Source: a virus (taxonomy: Duplodnaviria; Heunggongvirae; Uroviricota; Caudoviricetes). From it: 64,000 nucleotides of DNA. The notes beneath the pieces are model-generated. The model saw only the letters and a list, made by a program, of their open reading frames with translations. It was not told where the DNA came from and did no database searches. Below, piece by piece: positions 35,980 through 45,870 of this stretch. How positions within the stretch are numbered: the first letter of the stretch is position 1; each line of letters starts with the position of its first letter. The stretch is from the IMG/VR virus record IMGVR_UViG_3300031952_004642. The stretch is one strand, 5' to 3'. Position numbers and translations under genes: made by a program.

Positions 35980-36731
35980 TTACCGCTTCTTGAAGATGTC
36001 AAACATGTCCTTCAGGAAGTCATTCAACATCTTGATGTAATCCTTCAACTGGGAAGTGTCATCGACAGGAAGATTGCTGGTCGGAGAGAGGATGTTTCCG
36101 AGCCACATGTAGGTCTGGTAGACGAAATAAGCGATGTAGATTAGCAGGCATATCGCAACTATCCAGAAGATTGATTTAAGAGTGCCCATCAGATTTCACC
36201 GATTGCTCCTTGACCAATTACCTGAGCTGTTTGATTAACGATTTTGACGGTAACATGCTTTCGCCTGAGCAGGACAAGAAAGTCGGCGATGTCACGCAGA
36301 CAGGTCTCCTCATAAAGGGTGAAGCCGATTGGAAAGAAGGCGTACTGCCGCCACGAGCACGACCATTTTATCTCACCGAGCTCGATATGCGATATTCTGG
36401 AAACGACGCTATAGATATCAGTCTTGTCGCATTTGCGCTTCAGCTTGAATTCAACCCATTTAGACATCTTCATCACCCTTCATGATTTCACAACATCGAA
36501 ATCATCTGGAACGATGGTACAGTTCATTTCGAAATTCTGAGAGTCGCAAAGACTGGCGCACTCTCCGAGAGCGGCATAGGTCTGCTCGAGCAAATCGATG
36601 GCCTTCTTCCACCCTTCGAATACAGGCTGGACTATCAGGAAGTTGGCGAGCAGGAAGCCTATCATGACCCCAATAAGGATGAACCTGAGCATGTTCAGAT
36701 AGCTCATCTCGACAATGATAGGCAGCTTCAT
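35980..36731 (-). CDS. Three small proteins (35980-36189 TM; 36189-36476; 36480-36731 TM)
   Basis: Consecutive minus ORFs whose stop and start codons are directly adjacent. Confidence 0.4.
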
Positions 36732-37279
36732 TTCGTACCACCAGCCTCAGCTATCAAACTCGTCACCACCTTCACAGACAAGTTCATCTTGATGGCTATA
36801 TCCATGATACTGACACCTTCACGCCAAAGCCGAATGACATCTGGCTTGACACGATTCCGATTCTCACGACAACGGAACATCATGGCTTGTGCAGCTTCAG
36901 GAAGCTTGTCCCGCTCCTTGCTATAGAGTTCCTCGGCTGCATCCCTGTCATCCAGATAGCACACCCGTATATTAGAAGAACCGTACAAAGAAGGAAAGAC
37001 ACTGAAATAACCAGACTGAGCCATCTCGGAAAGCGTCTTCCCGACCTCATGAATCGAGACATGAGTCTTATCGGCAAGCAGAGTGCGGACAACAGGCCAA
37101 ATCACTGGTTTAGCTAGCATGCTTCGCCCATGATTTTTGAAGTAATCAATCACGAGATTCCTGTTTTCCATGGTTATGGCATGGCCTTTACGCTTGCACT
37201 CATTATTGCAATATCTGTTAGTGGACAAAGATTTCACGCTTCCGCACGAATAGCATTTTTCGTACATCTTCCCTGTCAT
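36728..37279 (-). CDS. Zn-ribbon plus C-terminal HTH DNA-binding protein (183 aa)
   Basis: CYSCG..CNNEC at the N-terminus. C-terminal GVSIMDIAIKMNLSVKVVTSLIAEAG is sigma-r4/LuxR-like. Confidence 0.5.
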   Translation of the reverse strand: MTGKMYEKCYSCGSVKSLSTNRYCNNECKRKGHAITMENRNLVIDYFKNHGRSMLAKPVIWPVVRTLLADKTHVSIHEVGKTLSEMAQSGYFSVFPSLYGSSNIRVCYLDDRDAAEELYSKERDKLPEAAQAMMFRCRENRNRVKPDVIRLWREGVSIMDIAIKMNLSVKVVTSLIAEAGGTK

Positions 37280-37782
37280 GATTTCACCCTACAACCTTTC
37301 TTCAAGTTTTCTTTTCTAATAACAGCAGCAATTCCATAATATATCGCCAACACACCACCCACAACACCCAAAGAAATAACCGTCTCCACCCTATCACGCT
37401 CCTGATAAACACGACAAAAATCCATGCAACGTCTACAAATCCGTCTATTCACATACACAGGTCTTTTGCTAAAGATAAAATTACTATGAAGATAAGTTGT
37501 TATTTTACCATATCTAAATTTCCTACAAATTTCACATCTCGGATGAAACAACTCAGAAACCATAGGAAAAGAAAGTTTGAGCACCATATCATACACCCAT
37601 GAAAGAAGGATACTCCATGAAATCCTTCCCATTGAAAATCCATTCTGTGAGACCCTTGTAGTAATCGCCCATGATTTTAAAGTTGATTGGGCTGATAACC
37701 GGGTCGCACTTGAAAAGAAGCATTTCCCCATCGAAGCAACGGACTCCAAGTATCCTGACCTTATCTGGACGGACTGCAACAT
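37276..37782 (-). CDS. Cys-rich zinc-finger protein (168 aa)
   Basis: CEICRK, CRRCMDFC and others. Confidence 0.4.
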   Translation of the reverse strand: MLQSVQIRSGYLESVASMGKCFFSSATRLSAQSTLKSWAITTRVSQNGFSMGRISWSILLSWVYDMVLKLSFPMVSELFHPRCEICRKFRYGKITTYLHSNFIFSKRPVYVNRRICRRCMDFCRVYQERDRVETVISLGVVGGVLAIYYGIAAVIRKENLKKGCRVKS

Positions 37783-38122
37783 TTCCCATATATTGTAGGC
37801 TTATCTTAGCAAGCTTCTTGAACCGCTTCAGGTTTATCTCATCAAGCTGGGCCTGATTATATTTAGGATATCCGAGCATGAACATCACGAAATCATCCTC
37901 TGGATAAATATCCTTGTCATCGACCTCGACTTTAATGAGGGCGAGACGGTTGCCGTTCTTGTTGGCGGCCATGGCATAGAAAGGCGAGTAGGCTGAAGAC
38001 AGGTAGACAAAACCTTTCTTGCTCTTTACGTCCCAGTTATAACGCTGGTCTGGTCTGAATCCATCACGCTGTATCTGAAGGGCACGCTTTTCGGATGTGC
38101 CGTGATAGAGGATTAGTTTCAT
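37589..38122 (-). CDS. Hypothetical protein with N-terminal LYHGTS motif (ADP-ribosyltransferase/Tpt1-like?)
   Basis: LILYHGTSEKRALQIQRDGF resembles the H-G-T motif of Tpt1/DarT-type ART folds. Weak. Confidence 0.3.
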   Translation of the reverse strand: MKLILYHGTSEKRALQIQRDGFRPDQRYNWDVKSKKGFVYLSSAYSPFYAMAANKNGNRLALIKVEVDDKDIYPEDDFVMFMLGYPKYNQAQLDEINLKRFKKLAKISLQYMGNVAVRPDKVRILGVRCFDGEMLLFKCDPVISPINFKIMGDYYKGLTEWIFNGKDFMEYPSFMGV

Positions 38123-38514
38123 GGTTTCACATCCTCCAGAAGCTCGGGATTCTCGTAAATGTTACCAATTACAACAATCCTCTCATTTCTATTATCAAAG
38201 AACAGTGTTGTTCCATTTCCACTTTTATGTCTTATTATACGCTCACCAGATTTAGCTATTTCAATCACACCACCAATATCAATATGAGCCACAATATCTC
38301 CCTCAAAAATTTCTTTGTTGTTCTTGTCTTTGAGACCTGTGGACTGCATTAGAACAACATCATTCAGCTCGCATGGGACTCTTGGGTCATCAGCCATTCT
38401 TTTTGGTGACAGGCAGACCAAAGTCACTAGCCTTTCCCCATCGAACTCCATGCTAAGTATTCCCATCATCTCTTTTTCTTTGATATGCCACGCACGGTAT
38501 TTTTGAATCATCAA
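38119..38514 (-). CDS. YopX-family phage protein
   Basis: KYRAWHIKEKEM ... EIFEGDIV ... VIGNIYENPELLE is the YopX hallmark. Confidence 0.75.
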   Translation of the reverse strand: MMIQKYRAWHIKEKEMMGILSMEFDGERLVTLVCLSPKRMADDPRVPCELNDVVLMQSTGLKDKNNKEIFEGDIVAHIDIGGVIEIAKSGERIIRHKSGNGTTLFFDNRNERIVVIGNIYENPELLEDVKP

Positions 38515-38789
38515 CCAACACCTCCCATTGGTTCAGTTCCTAGCTCAATCAAAGAAATCCAGACCCATAGCATCGTTCCACCTGTAAAAGTCCAGAATAA
38601 TAAGAACCTGAAAGAAAGATTCAGATATGCGGGAAAGATATACGATGTCATGAAAGGCAACATCCCACAAACTAACATCGTAAAATATGAATATATAACA
38701 TTCTCCAAAGGGCTGATTTCGCTCGTCATTTTCTTCTGGACTCCTTAATTGAGGACTTTTCATTTTTCATAAATGCTCCCTGAGTTTCT

Positions 38790-39290
38790 TCATAATATCG
38801 TCTCTGAATGATAATAGAATTTTTTGAAACAGTTGGAACATTCGAAGCACATCAAAACGCCCCTTTCAGCCTTGACAGCACCAACAAACTCCTTGTCTCT
38901 TCTTTTCCAAAAATCGCCCCTCGAATTTCTAAACCCACAATGCGGACAGCAACGCTGGTCTCTTGCACTATCTGAAATAGTATATTCATGACCTTTGAAA
39001 AGGAAATAATAAGTCTTGCCCAGAACCATCCGGTCTAACATTTCTGGAACATCAGCGGCATCACCTCTCTGCACGCCAAGTTTAATTAAAGCCTTTATTT
39101 CATCTACTCTGACTTTCACCGCATCTTCTTTATAGTAACATCCAAAGGTCTCTCTCATTCCGAATGCACATATCCTAAATGTCTTATCGTCAGACAATAA
39201 ATTAAATTTACAATCTTTTACTTCACACCTTCCGAGATGATTGGTCGCAATTTCTAAATTTTTCATGCTTTCCCCTTCGATAACTTTCAT
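38790..39290 (-). CDS. Zinc-ribbon protein (166 aa)
   Basis: CPHCGF ... CFECSNC. Confidence 0.45.
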   Translation of the reverse strand: MKVIEGESMKNLEIATNHLGRCEVKDCKFNLLSDDKTFRICAFGMRETFGCYYKEDAVKVRVDEIKALIKLGVQRGDAADVPEMLDRMVLGKTYYFLFKGHEYTISDSARDQRCCPHCGFRNSRGDFWKRRDKEFVGAVKAERGVLMCFECSNCFKKFYYHSETIL

Positions 39291-39960
39291 TTCCCCGCCT
39301 CAGGTTTTGGGTTTTGGGACTCTTTTTTCTTACAATCAGGGCACTGATGCAAAGAGAACCTTTTCATCCAATCAAAAAGGGATTGCCAGCAACAGAACTC
39401 ATATTCCTCTATCACATGGTCTGTTGAAATACCATATTTTTGCCACACATGAACTTTAATTGTCATACTTACTTCCTTCCCTTAACGAATTTGCAGGATA
39501 TCCACGCAACGATTTCATGCATCATGATTCACCTCAAACTTGGTATCGTGGCTTGTTTTCAGGCCTGCTGTAAAACTCGGCTTCGGTTGGCAGCCTGTCA
39601 AATGACGAATAACGTTTGCCGTCTGTTCCACCATGGCTTGCATTCATATCGCTTTGGAATTGCTGCATCCATTGCCTGCTGTCTGCCTCTTTTCTTTGAG
39701 CCGCTTCCTGTCCAGCCGCATCAATCAGCGCAGGTATCCCTAAAAGACCCGCCAATAATCCCGCATCTCCGCCACCCATAATCTCATCTCCTTAAAGCTG
39801 TATCCTTTCCCGCCTTTCACAAGCATATATCTCTCTCTGTAGCTCCCTGATATATCTCATGCTCGCCTCGTATTTCATGGCTTCATCCCGCTGCATTTGC
39901 TCATAGTACGGAAGGAAGAGAAAGAATCCCAGACCATAGAGGCCAGCAAGAATACCGCAA

Positions 39961-40338
39961 TCAGCTACCATTTTGTTTCACCTCGTCTTCTGGCACGAGC
40001 CTGATAGAACATTCTGGAATAAGGTTGCTCGGATGATTGGGAAACTCACGGCAGAACCTAGGTCTTACAAGATAGATGGAACAACGGGTCGTAACACCCA
40101 GAAATTTTAGTTTAGGACAGATTCCATTCCTTACACCTTTGAAGATTTCCTCAGCAGAAGGGTCGAACATCCTCATGAGCGCACGCTTATCATCACCAAG
40201 ACTGTCCCAATGAGGAAGGCTCATGCAACAGGCTCCGCAGCGGTTGCATTCACCGATTCGACGAAAACCAGTAGAAGTCATCATATCGGCCCACGACCCC
40301 TTATGTCCCTGATAAGATGCATCCTGCAAGATTTGCAC
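39961..40338 (-). CDS. YkgJ/UPF0153-family CxxCxxCC Fe-S/zinc-binding protein
   Basis: CNRCGACC ... CPKL ... CSIY..RP.FCREFP. Confidence 0.5.
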   Translation of the reverse strand: MQILQDASYQGHKGSWADMMTSTGFRRIGECNRCGACCMSLPHWDSLGDDKRALMRMFDPSAEEIFKGVRNGICPKLKFLGVTTRCSIYLVRPRFCREFPNHPSNLIPECSIRLVPEDEVKQNGS

Positions 40339-40607
40339 ATATGGATATGGTATCTTTTCTTCTCAGTCCATTCCCTGCCAAGAGGATTTCCACACAAAAG
40401 GCATCGCAGCTCGAGCTCACGGCGAACCAGCAGCTCCACTGACAAATCACCATATTCAGAACGTTTCAATCGCAGTTTGTCGCATCGAGCACATTCTAAC
40501 TCCTGAGGCGGAGCATGTGAAATATTAAGCCACCAAGCATGACCATGATAAAAGCATTTGAGCTTTGATAATAGATTCATTTCCCCACCTTTTTTTCTTT
40601 GCAACAA
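40281..40607 (-). CDS. Zinc-ribbon protein, paralog A
   Basis: LLVRRELELRCLLCGNPLGREWTEKKRYHIHMCKSCR. Confidence 0.45.
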   Translation of the reverse strand: MLQRKKGGEMNLLSKLKCFYHGHAWWLNISHAPPQELECARCDKLRLKRSEYGDLSVELLVRRELELRCLLCGNPLGREWTEKKRYHIHMCKSCRMHLIRDIRGRGPI

Positions 40608-40679
40608 CGCTCAGCATCTTTCTTGTCGACATACCGCTCTTCACATATAGAGCAATCCCAGAAAACCATTTTGTAAGCT

Positions 40680-40994
40680 TTAATCATTCTTAGACCCCGT
40701 GATTTCGAGACCAGATTTTATATCGGATATATAATCATCCACATATCTCAACAAAATAGGTTTCCTGCATTTCTTGCATATATGGGAACGCAACCCAGAT
40801 TTCTCAGTCCAATCCGGCCCCAACATCTTTCCACACACGAGACACCTTAACTCCAGCTCCCTGACAATCATTATATCGAAGACACGACTGGAGGCTTCCA
40901 CCATAAACAATAAAGATAAGTGTTGTGCATCAATTCCTGCACTCTTGAATTTCGCCATAATAGCATCAAAAGTCTCACCGTCAATCGACATCAT
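40680..40994 (-). CDS. Zinc-ribbon protein, paralog B
   Basis: IMIVRELELRCLVCGKMLGPDWTEKSGLRSHICKKCR; clear homolog of 40281-40607. Confidence 0.45.
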   Translation of the reverse strand: MMSIDGETFDAIMAKFKSAGIDAQHLSLLFMVEASSRVFDIMIVRELELRCLVCGKMLGPDWTEKSGLRSHICKKCRKPILLRYVDDYISDIKSGLEITGSKND

Positions 40995-42677
40995 CCATCG
41001 CCTCCACCAGACCTCAGGTCTTCAAGGATTTTCCGCCTTTCGGTTTCGGCTTTTTCTAAATCGATGCCGAAAAAGCGGGCGAGCACCTGCTCAATTGATT
41101 CACGGTGAGGCAGATATCCGACGGGGTACTCATCTCCACATTCGCTGCATTTATCCATCAAAACAGAATCCTTTGCAAGGACGATGTTCTGTGAGCTTAA
41201 CCAGTCCAAGAACTCACCGATTATCTGCGATTTCTCATGCACGACACGAATCTTGTCGCATTCAGGTGTAGCACTAACAGGCGATTCAGCTTTCCGTTTC
41301 ATCAACCAATCCCCTTCTTATCATAGAGCTTCTTGCTAACAAGCCGCCCAGTCTTTCCACCAGAGCCCCCACGGAAGACGAGCCAGAAGATTTTCCCGCA
41401 TGAACATTTGTATCTTGCAGAAGTAACCCCACGCTCGAAACAGCACTTCATCTTCCTGCCGCAACATGGAGTCACTATGTTTCTTCTCTGAGTTTTCCTT
41501 TTGCTCATATCACCAGCTCCTCAGCTCAGCGAAGCGACCACCAATCTGCTTATAATCATCATCCTCACTGAAACCCGAGTAATGTTCGGTAGGTGCATTG
41601 AAAAAGATTTTGCCGCAATCACCCTTCTCGAAAGGAAGCATGATTTCAACCATCTTGCCATCACGCTGGTTGAAAATAATCATGAGGGATTCCTGCCTAT
41701 CCTTCGCAAGCGATGGGCGCTCTATCACGTCATCCGGCTGGCGCTGAATCATCCACACTTCACTGACATGGACAAAATAGTCCGAATTGAACTCGGCAAG
41801 CATATGCCTGATTTTATCGATGGAAGCATCCTTTGCAAGGTCAGTACTAAAGTCTGGCACAATCATAGCAAAGCCGTCTGGTTTCTTCTCCAGAAAGAAC
41901 ATAGGCACATGGCATCCGAACTTCTGAAGGGTCTCTTTCGATTGCTTGACAAAGAAATCGAGCTGAGCACGGCAGTTGGATTTCTGCTTGGCAACAACAG
42001 TCTTGTCCATCATTTCGAAAACTCCCTCATTTTTTTAATAAGAAGCTCAAGCTCAGCTTTCTTCAATCGAGCATGATAATAAGCCTTCTTCCTGACTATA
42101 CTCAAGTTCACTGTCACAAAAAAAGGCGGAGCATATGGAAGAACCCTTTCAAAATCGAGCCTTTCGATACTCGCATCATCGAAAAGGTTCCAAATAGAAT
42201 CAAGCACATCATCGAAAACATCTCTCCCACTCATCCAATCTGACAGAGCAATTAAATCGAAAGTAAGCATGTTATCATCCACGATTTCACTCATAACCAT
42301 TGCCCCCTAATCTTATATTCTCCGAACAGGTATCTCGTGTCTTTCTTCCTATTAAAAGAGAAAAGCGGTATATGGATTCCGCAATATTTGCACCAAGCAT
42401 GCGGCCTGCCGATGCCATCCTTATAGGCATTCCTGAATCCATGGTCTGGGGAATGCCAACCCAGTTTGCAGGAAAGCCACGCTTTCATGTCATGCAACAT
42501 ATCAATCAGACTCCAAAAGCTCATAAAACTCAGCCTCTGTATGGTCATCGAAGATATGCTCATAGATTTCATCCACATCAACCGACACAAATTCCAGACC
42601 ACAAATCGGACACGAATAATAAGGGTCAGCATCATCTGATATTTGTCTCGGTTGAACATCAGTATAATAGCGCTCAT
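40991..42677 (-). CDS. Five hypothetical proteins (40991-41305; 41302-41508 Zn; 41510-42013; 42010-42300; 42291-42677)
   Basis: Consecutive minus ORFs with small overlaps. Confidence 0.35.
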
Positions 42678-43704
42678 GGATAAGCCTCATAAGCATGACC
42701 TTCGTGCGCAGGTCGTCCCTGTCGAACTTATAGGCTTCAGGAGGCTGTAATCCTCTTTTATTCAGTCCAAGCAGGGTCTTCGCAAAGTCCTCGATGCTCT
42801 TCATGTCTTCCTTCTCCTTGCGCTTGACGGCATCGAGCTTCGGCAGGTCAACGTATTTCGCAATCGCATCATTCACAAGCTTTATCATGACCTCAGGACG
42901 CAGGGCATCCACTTCCCAGCTCTTGTCACCATATTTGGCGATATACCACTTCGCACGTGGGTCTGTAAGCTTGGCTGGATTTGGCGGAGGATTGTATTGT
43001 CGCACCTGAGCCGTTGTGAGGGCGATAGGGACTACTTCGAAGGCTGGATAGGTATAATCACGGCCTTTAATCAGGAACTCGGTATTCCGCTCATTTATGT
43101 CACGGAGCATATCTAAACCAGAAGAATCATGGTCGCCCAGATAGAGGATTTTACAATGCTTCCCTGCCTCGATTTGGGCCTTTATGCGCTTGCTCAGCTT
43201 GTACATAGCTGTCGCCGAGGAATATCCACGATTCACGCAAAAATGGATATGCCACTCATTTGCAATCGGCTGAAGCACGGAGCTTAGCGCATCCTTCTCG
43301 GTGAACAGCTCTATATAGAAAGGCTGGCCAACCCATCTCGGAAGGCGGTAAGAGAATTTCGCCGATTTTATGAGCTCCAGCACGTTATCCCATTCAGCAT
43401 GCATCTCTGGGACACGAACACGGTCTTCTATGGCTTCCCAGTCGATGAGACCATTGTAACGTGCATCAGTGAGAAGGACACCAAGCTTGTCGTACACCTT
43501 GTCATGGTTGATGATGAACCCACGGGCGACCATCTGGTAATACAATTGCCTAAGGGTTAGCATGATGCCCTGCTGCATGTACTCGTTAACGATATCCTCA
43601 CAATGGCGGATTATATCATGGGTAACGGCCTCCCAGACACGCCCATCGCCAAGGCTGATTTTGATTGCCTTCCCGAACGACTTGTCACGGAATTGTTCTT
43701 TCAT
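42502..43704 (-). CDS. Topoisomerase VI subunit A / Spo11-family protein, stand-alone (mini-A-like), with C-terminal Zn ribbon
   Basis: TLRQLYYQMVARG is the 5Y-CAP catalytic-Tyr motif. Toprim FYIELFTEKDAL (Glu) ... NRGYSSATAMYKL (as in TopVIA KGYPDVATRRFL) ... KILYLGDHDSSGLDML (DxD). No Top6B-like ATPase nearby. Confidence 0.65.
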   Translation of the reverse strand: MKEQFRDKSFGKAIKISLGDGRVWEAVTHDIIRHCEDIVNEYMQQGIMLTLRQLYYQMVARGFIINHDKVYDKLGVLLTDARYNGLIDWEAIEDRVRVPEMHAEWDNVLELIKSAKFSYRLPRWVGQPFYIELFTEKDALSSVLQPIANEWHIHFCVNRGYSSATAMYKLSKRIKAQIEAGKHCKILYLGDHDSSGLDMLRDINERNTEFLIKGRDYTYPAFEVVPIALTTAQVRQYNPPPNPAKLTDPRAKWYIAKYGDKSWEVDALRPEVMIKLVNDAIAKYVDLPKLDAVKRKEKEDMKSIEDFAKTLLGLNKRGLQPPEAYKFDRDDLRTKVMLMRLIHERYYTDVQPRQISDDADPYYSCPICGLEFVSVDVDEIYEHIFDDHTEAEFYELLESD

Positions 43705-44399
43705 GCCTTCTCCTCATGCTTCTCGATGTCGCTCAGGATTGAATTCAGGATGTCTGGCCGTTTTATGCGCTCACGGGCGGATTCTGCTTCATAACGCTTC
43801 TTGACACGCTCTGGATGCTGAATCTTCTCCTCAAGAGAGCTCAGCGTAATGGAAAGGTCACGAATCAGGGTGTCAAGCACATAGACCTCTTCATTTCGCT
43901 CCAGAGCCCATCTCTTGGCCTCTATATCTCTACGTTCTTTGTCAATCGGATAGTTCTGCTCCTTGAGCTTCTCGAGGCCAGCATGCTTCCTATTCGCCAT
44001 GACGATGAGCATTTTGACAGTATCCTTGACGTTCTCTTCAGTCAGCTTCGAAATCGGAGTCACCTTGCTGATGGCAGAGAGCACATGAGGCCTGATATTC
44101 GTGCCACCGCTTATGCGCCACGAATCTGCCCTAGAATAGTGAACCCATTCATTATCACCAGAAAGAAAACGCATGCGTATCTCCTTGCTCAGATTGCCGA
44201 TTTTCGCTGAGAGTTTTTTACACTGCTCATCAAGCTCCTTCTCACGGGCCTCAAGCGCAAGGTACTCTGGACTGGTCTTGATGGCTTTTTGCTTGGCATC
44301 ACGCTCCCTGATGAGCTTGGTTCGCAGCTTGGTGAAATCATCGAAGGCCTGCTGGTTTGACTGGATTGTCTGTTCAACCATCTGAATCAGCATCCTCAT
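43701..44399 (-). CDS. Coiled-coil protein (232 aa)
   Basis: Heptad-rich K/E sequence. Overlaps the stop of the TopVIA-like gene. Confidence 0.45.
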   Translation of the reverse strand: MRMLIQMVEQTIQSNQQAFDDFTKLRTKLIRERDAKQKAIKTSPEYLALEAREKELDEQCKKLSAKIGNLSKEIRMRFLSGDNEWVHYSRADSWRISGGTNIRPHVLSAISKVTPISKLTEENVKDTVKMLIVMANRKHAGLEKLKEQNYPIDKERRDIEAKRWALERNEEVYVLDTLIRDLSITLSSLEEKIQHPERVKKRYEAESARERIKRPDILNSILSDIEKHEEKA

Positions 44400-45588
44400 T
44401 GTTCAGACCCATGCGAATGTCGAAAGCATCTTCCTCCATGGCGACACGATTCAGCTCGATTTCGCACTCTGGACAAGTCTCACCGACCTCGGCGACTGGC
44501 TTCTCCCTGCACTCACGGCACGTTGCCTGCAAGGCGAGACCCGCAGGAGAAGGCGTGAGGATTTCCCTCACGAGCTTCTCGCCGCCTTTCAATAAGAAAT
44601 GGGCTGCCTGCTCGATTACGAGCTTTGACTGGTCAGGTTTCACGTCATGGCTCGAAACGTAGGTGAACGCATTCACGAGCCCCCAAAGAGTCTTGTCTTC
44701 CTTATCGAGTCGATACCTGATTGAACGCTGGACGTATTCGGCGAAGCCACGCTTCACGGAGACCTCACGAACGAGAAGCTCCATCTCGGATGTCTGAAGG
44801 CGGATTTCACGGGCCTGCTGCATCAGCTTGTCGAAACCGAAGGCCTGATTCAGCGCCTCATCGAGAGTCTGCTTCACGGACTGAAGGATATCGACCTTCA
44901 GGCCCACGTGGGTCGTAGCTGGCTTCCAAATGCCCTTACTCGACGTGAGCCCATTACTGCACACAAGACGTTTCCAGAACGGATAAAAAATTATCGAGCT
45001 TGTCGCTTTGCAAGAATTTGCAATTCTGAGTCCGCACTGGATTATGTCGCCGACCTGAACGCCGCCGACCTGAGCACCGATGTTCTTCTCGAACAGATAT
45101 GTTCGCCACACACGTCGGTTCGTCCTGAACTCCTCAATTCCAGTCCACGCAAGACCACGGGCCACGAACTCGTTCTCCACCATCTTGTAGAGCTCGGCAT
45201 GGCCGACCTCGGTGAACCTAGCAGTCACGACGGCATAACAATGCCAATAACCGTTAGACCGCACAAGCCTCAGTATGACAGGCTCAGGACGCTGGGTGAC
45301 GAGACCAGTGAAAACACGGTCACGCTTCTGATAGTCGTAAATCCTGCGAAGCTCGCTTATCTTTCCACCGACCCTCGAAACAAGCTGAGTCTTGGACACG
45401 CCATCAAAGAAATAAACCATCCTGCTATCAGGCGCTTTGGCAGAGATGTACTCAACTAGCCGCCCGCCCTGTCCACGCTTCCTGACGAAATGGACATCTG
45501 CAAGCTGGCTCGGACTGACTTCTATATCAGCGAACTCGTGCTTTTCAGCACCACTGATTTCCTGATTCTGATTTTCCATATCTAACAC
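44374..45588 (-). CDS. Large hypothetical protein (404 aa) with C-terminal CxxC...CxxC ribbon
   Basis: Long ORF. CRECRE ... CPECE near the C-terminus. Confidence 0.5.
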   Translation of the reverse strand: MLDMENQNQEISGAEKHEFADIEVSPSQLADVHFVRKRGQGGRLVEYISAKAPDSRMVYFFDGVSKTQLVSRVGGKISELRRIYDYQKRDRVFTGLVTQRPEPVILRLVRSNGYWHCYAVVTARFTEVGHAELYKMVENEFVARGLAWTGIEEFRTNRRVWRTYLFEKNIGAQVGGVQVGDIIQCGLRIANSCKATSSIIFYPFWKRLVCSNGLTSSKGIWKPATTHVGLKVDILQSVKQTLDEALNQAFGFDKLMQQAREIRLQTSEMELLVREVSVKRGFAEYVQRSIRYRLDKEDKTLWGLVNAFTYVSSHDVKPDQSKLVIEQAAHFLLKGGEKLVREILTPSPAGLALQATCRECREKPVAEVGETCPECEIELNRVAMEEDAFDIRMGLNNEDADSDG

Positions 45589-45615
45589 CTCACATAGCCC
45601 ACGAAGGGCTTCTGT

Positions 45616-45690
45616 TTAAACCCCAACAGGCAGGCCCGCCGCTTCACAGCAGGCGAACCTGCCAGCGCAGTGGGTCGGAATCCAATGCAT
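45616..45690 (-). CDS. Possible 24-aa Cys-rich peptide MHWIPTHCAGRFACCEAAGLPVGV (inner ATG of a TTG-started 67-aa ORF)
   Basis: TATA-like GGATTTATAAAG about 40 nt upstream. Three Cys. Lies at the distal end of the rSAM/MBL cluster. Coordinates within 1 nt. Confidence 0.2.
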   Translation of the reverse strand: MHWIPTHCAGRFACCEAAGLPVGV

Positions 45691-45870
45691 GTTGGGAGTG
45701 CTTTCGCACGTTAGATAATTGACATAAGGATTTATAAAGTTATGTATGTTGGTGCGAATGAGGAAATCGGTATGGTGAGAACATATTAATGCATTCCTAG
45801 ACCAGAAACACGAGAGCAAATGATATCCCTGCGAAAACTCCGAACAGAGCCCATAATCCGCACAATATAG

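Noticed and set aside
45616-45819. Listed 67-aa ORF as a firm RiPP precursor
   Set aside because: The ORF begins with TTG. Only the inner ATG-started 24-aa Cys-rich peptide has promoter support. Retained only as a low-confidence candidate.
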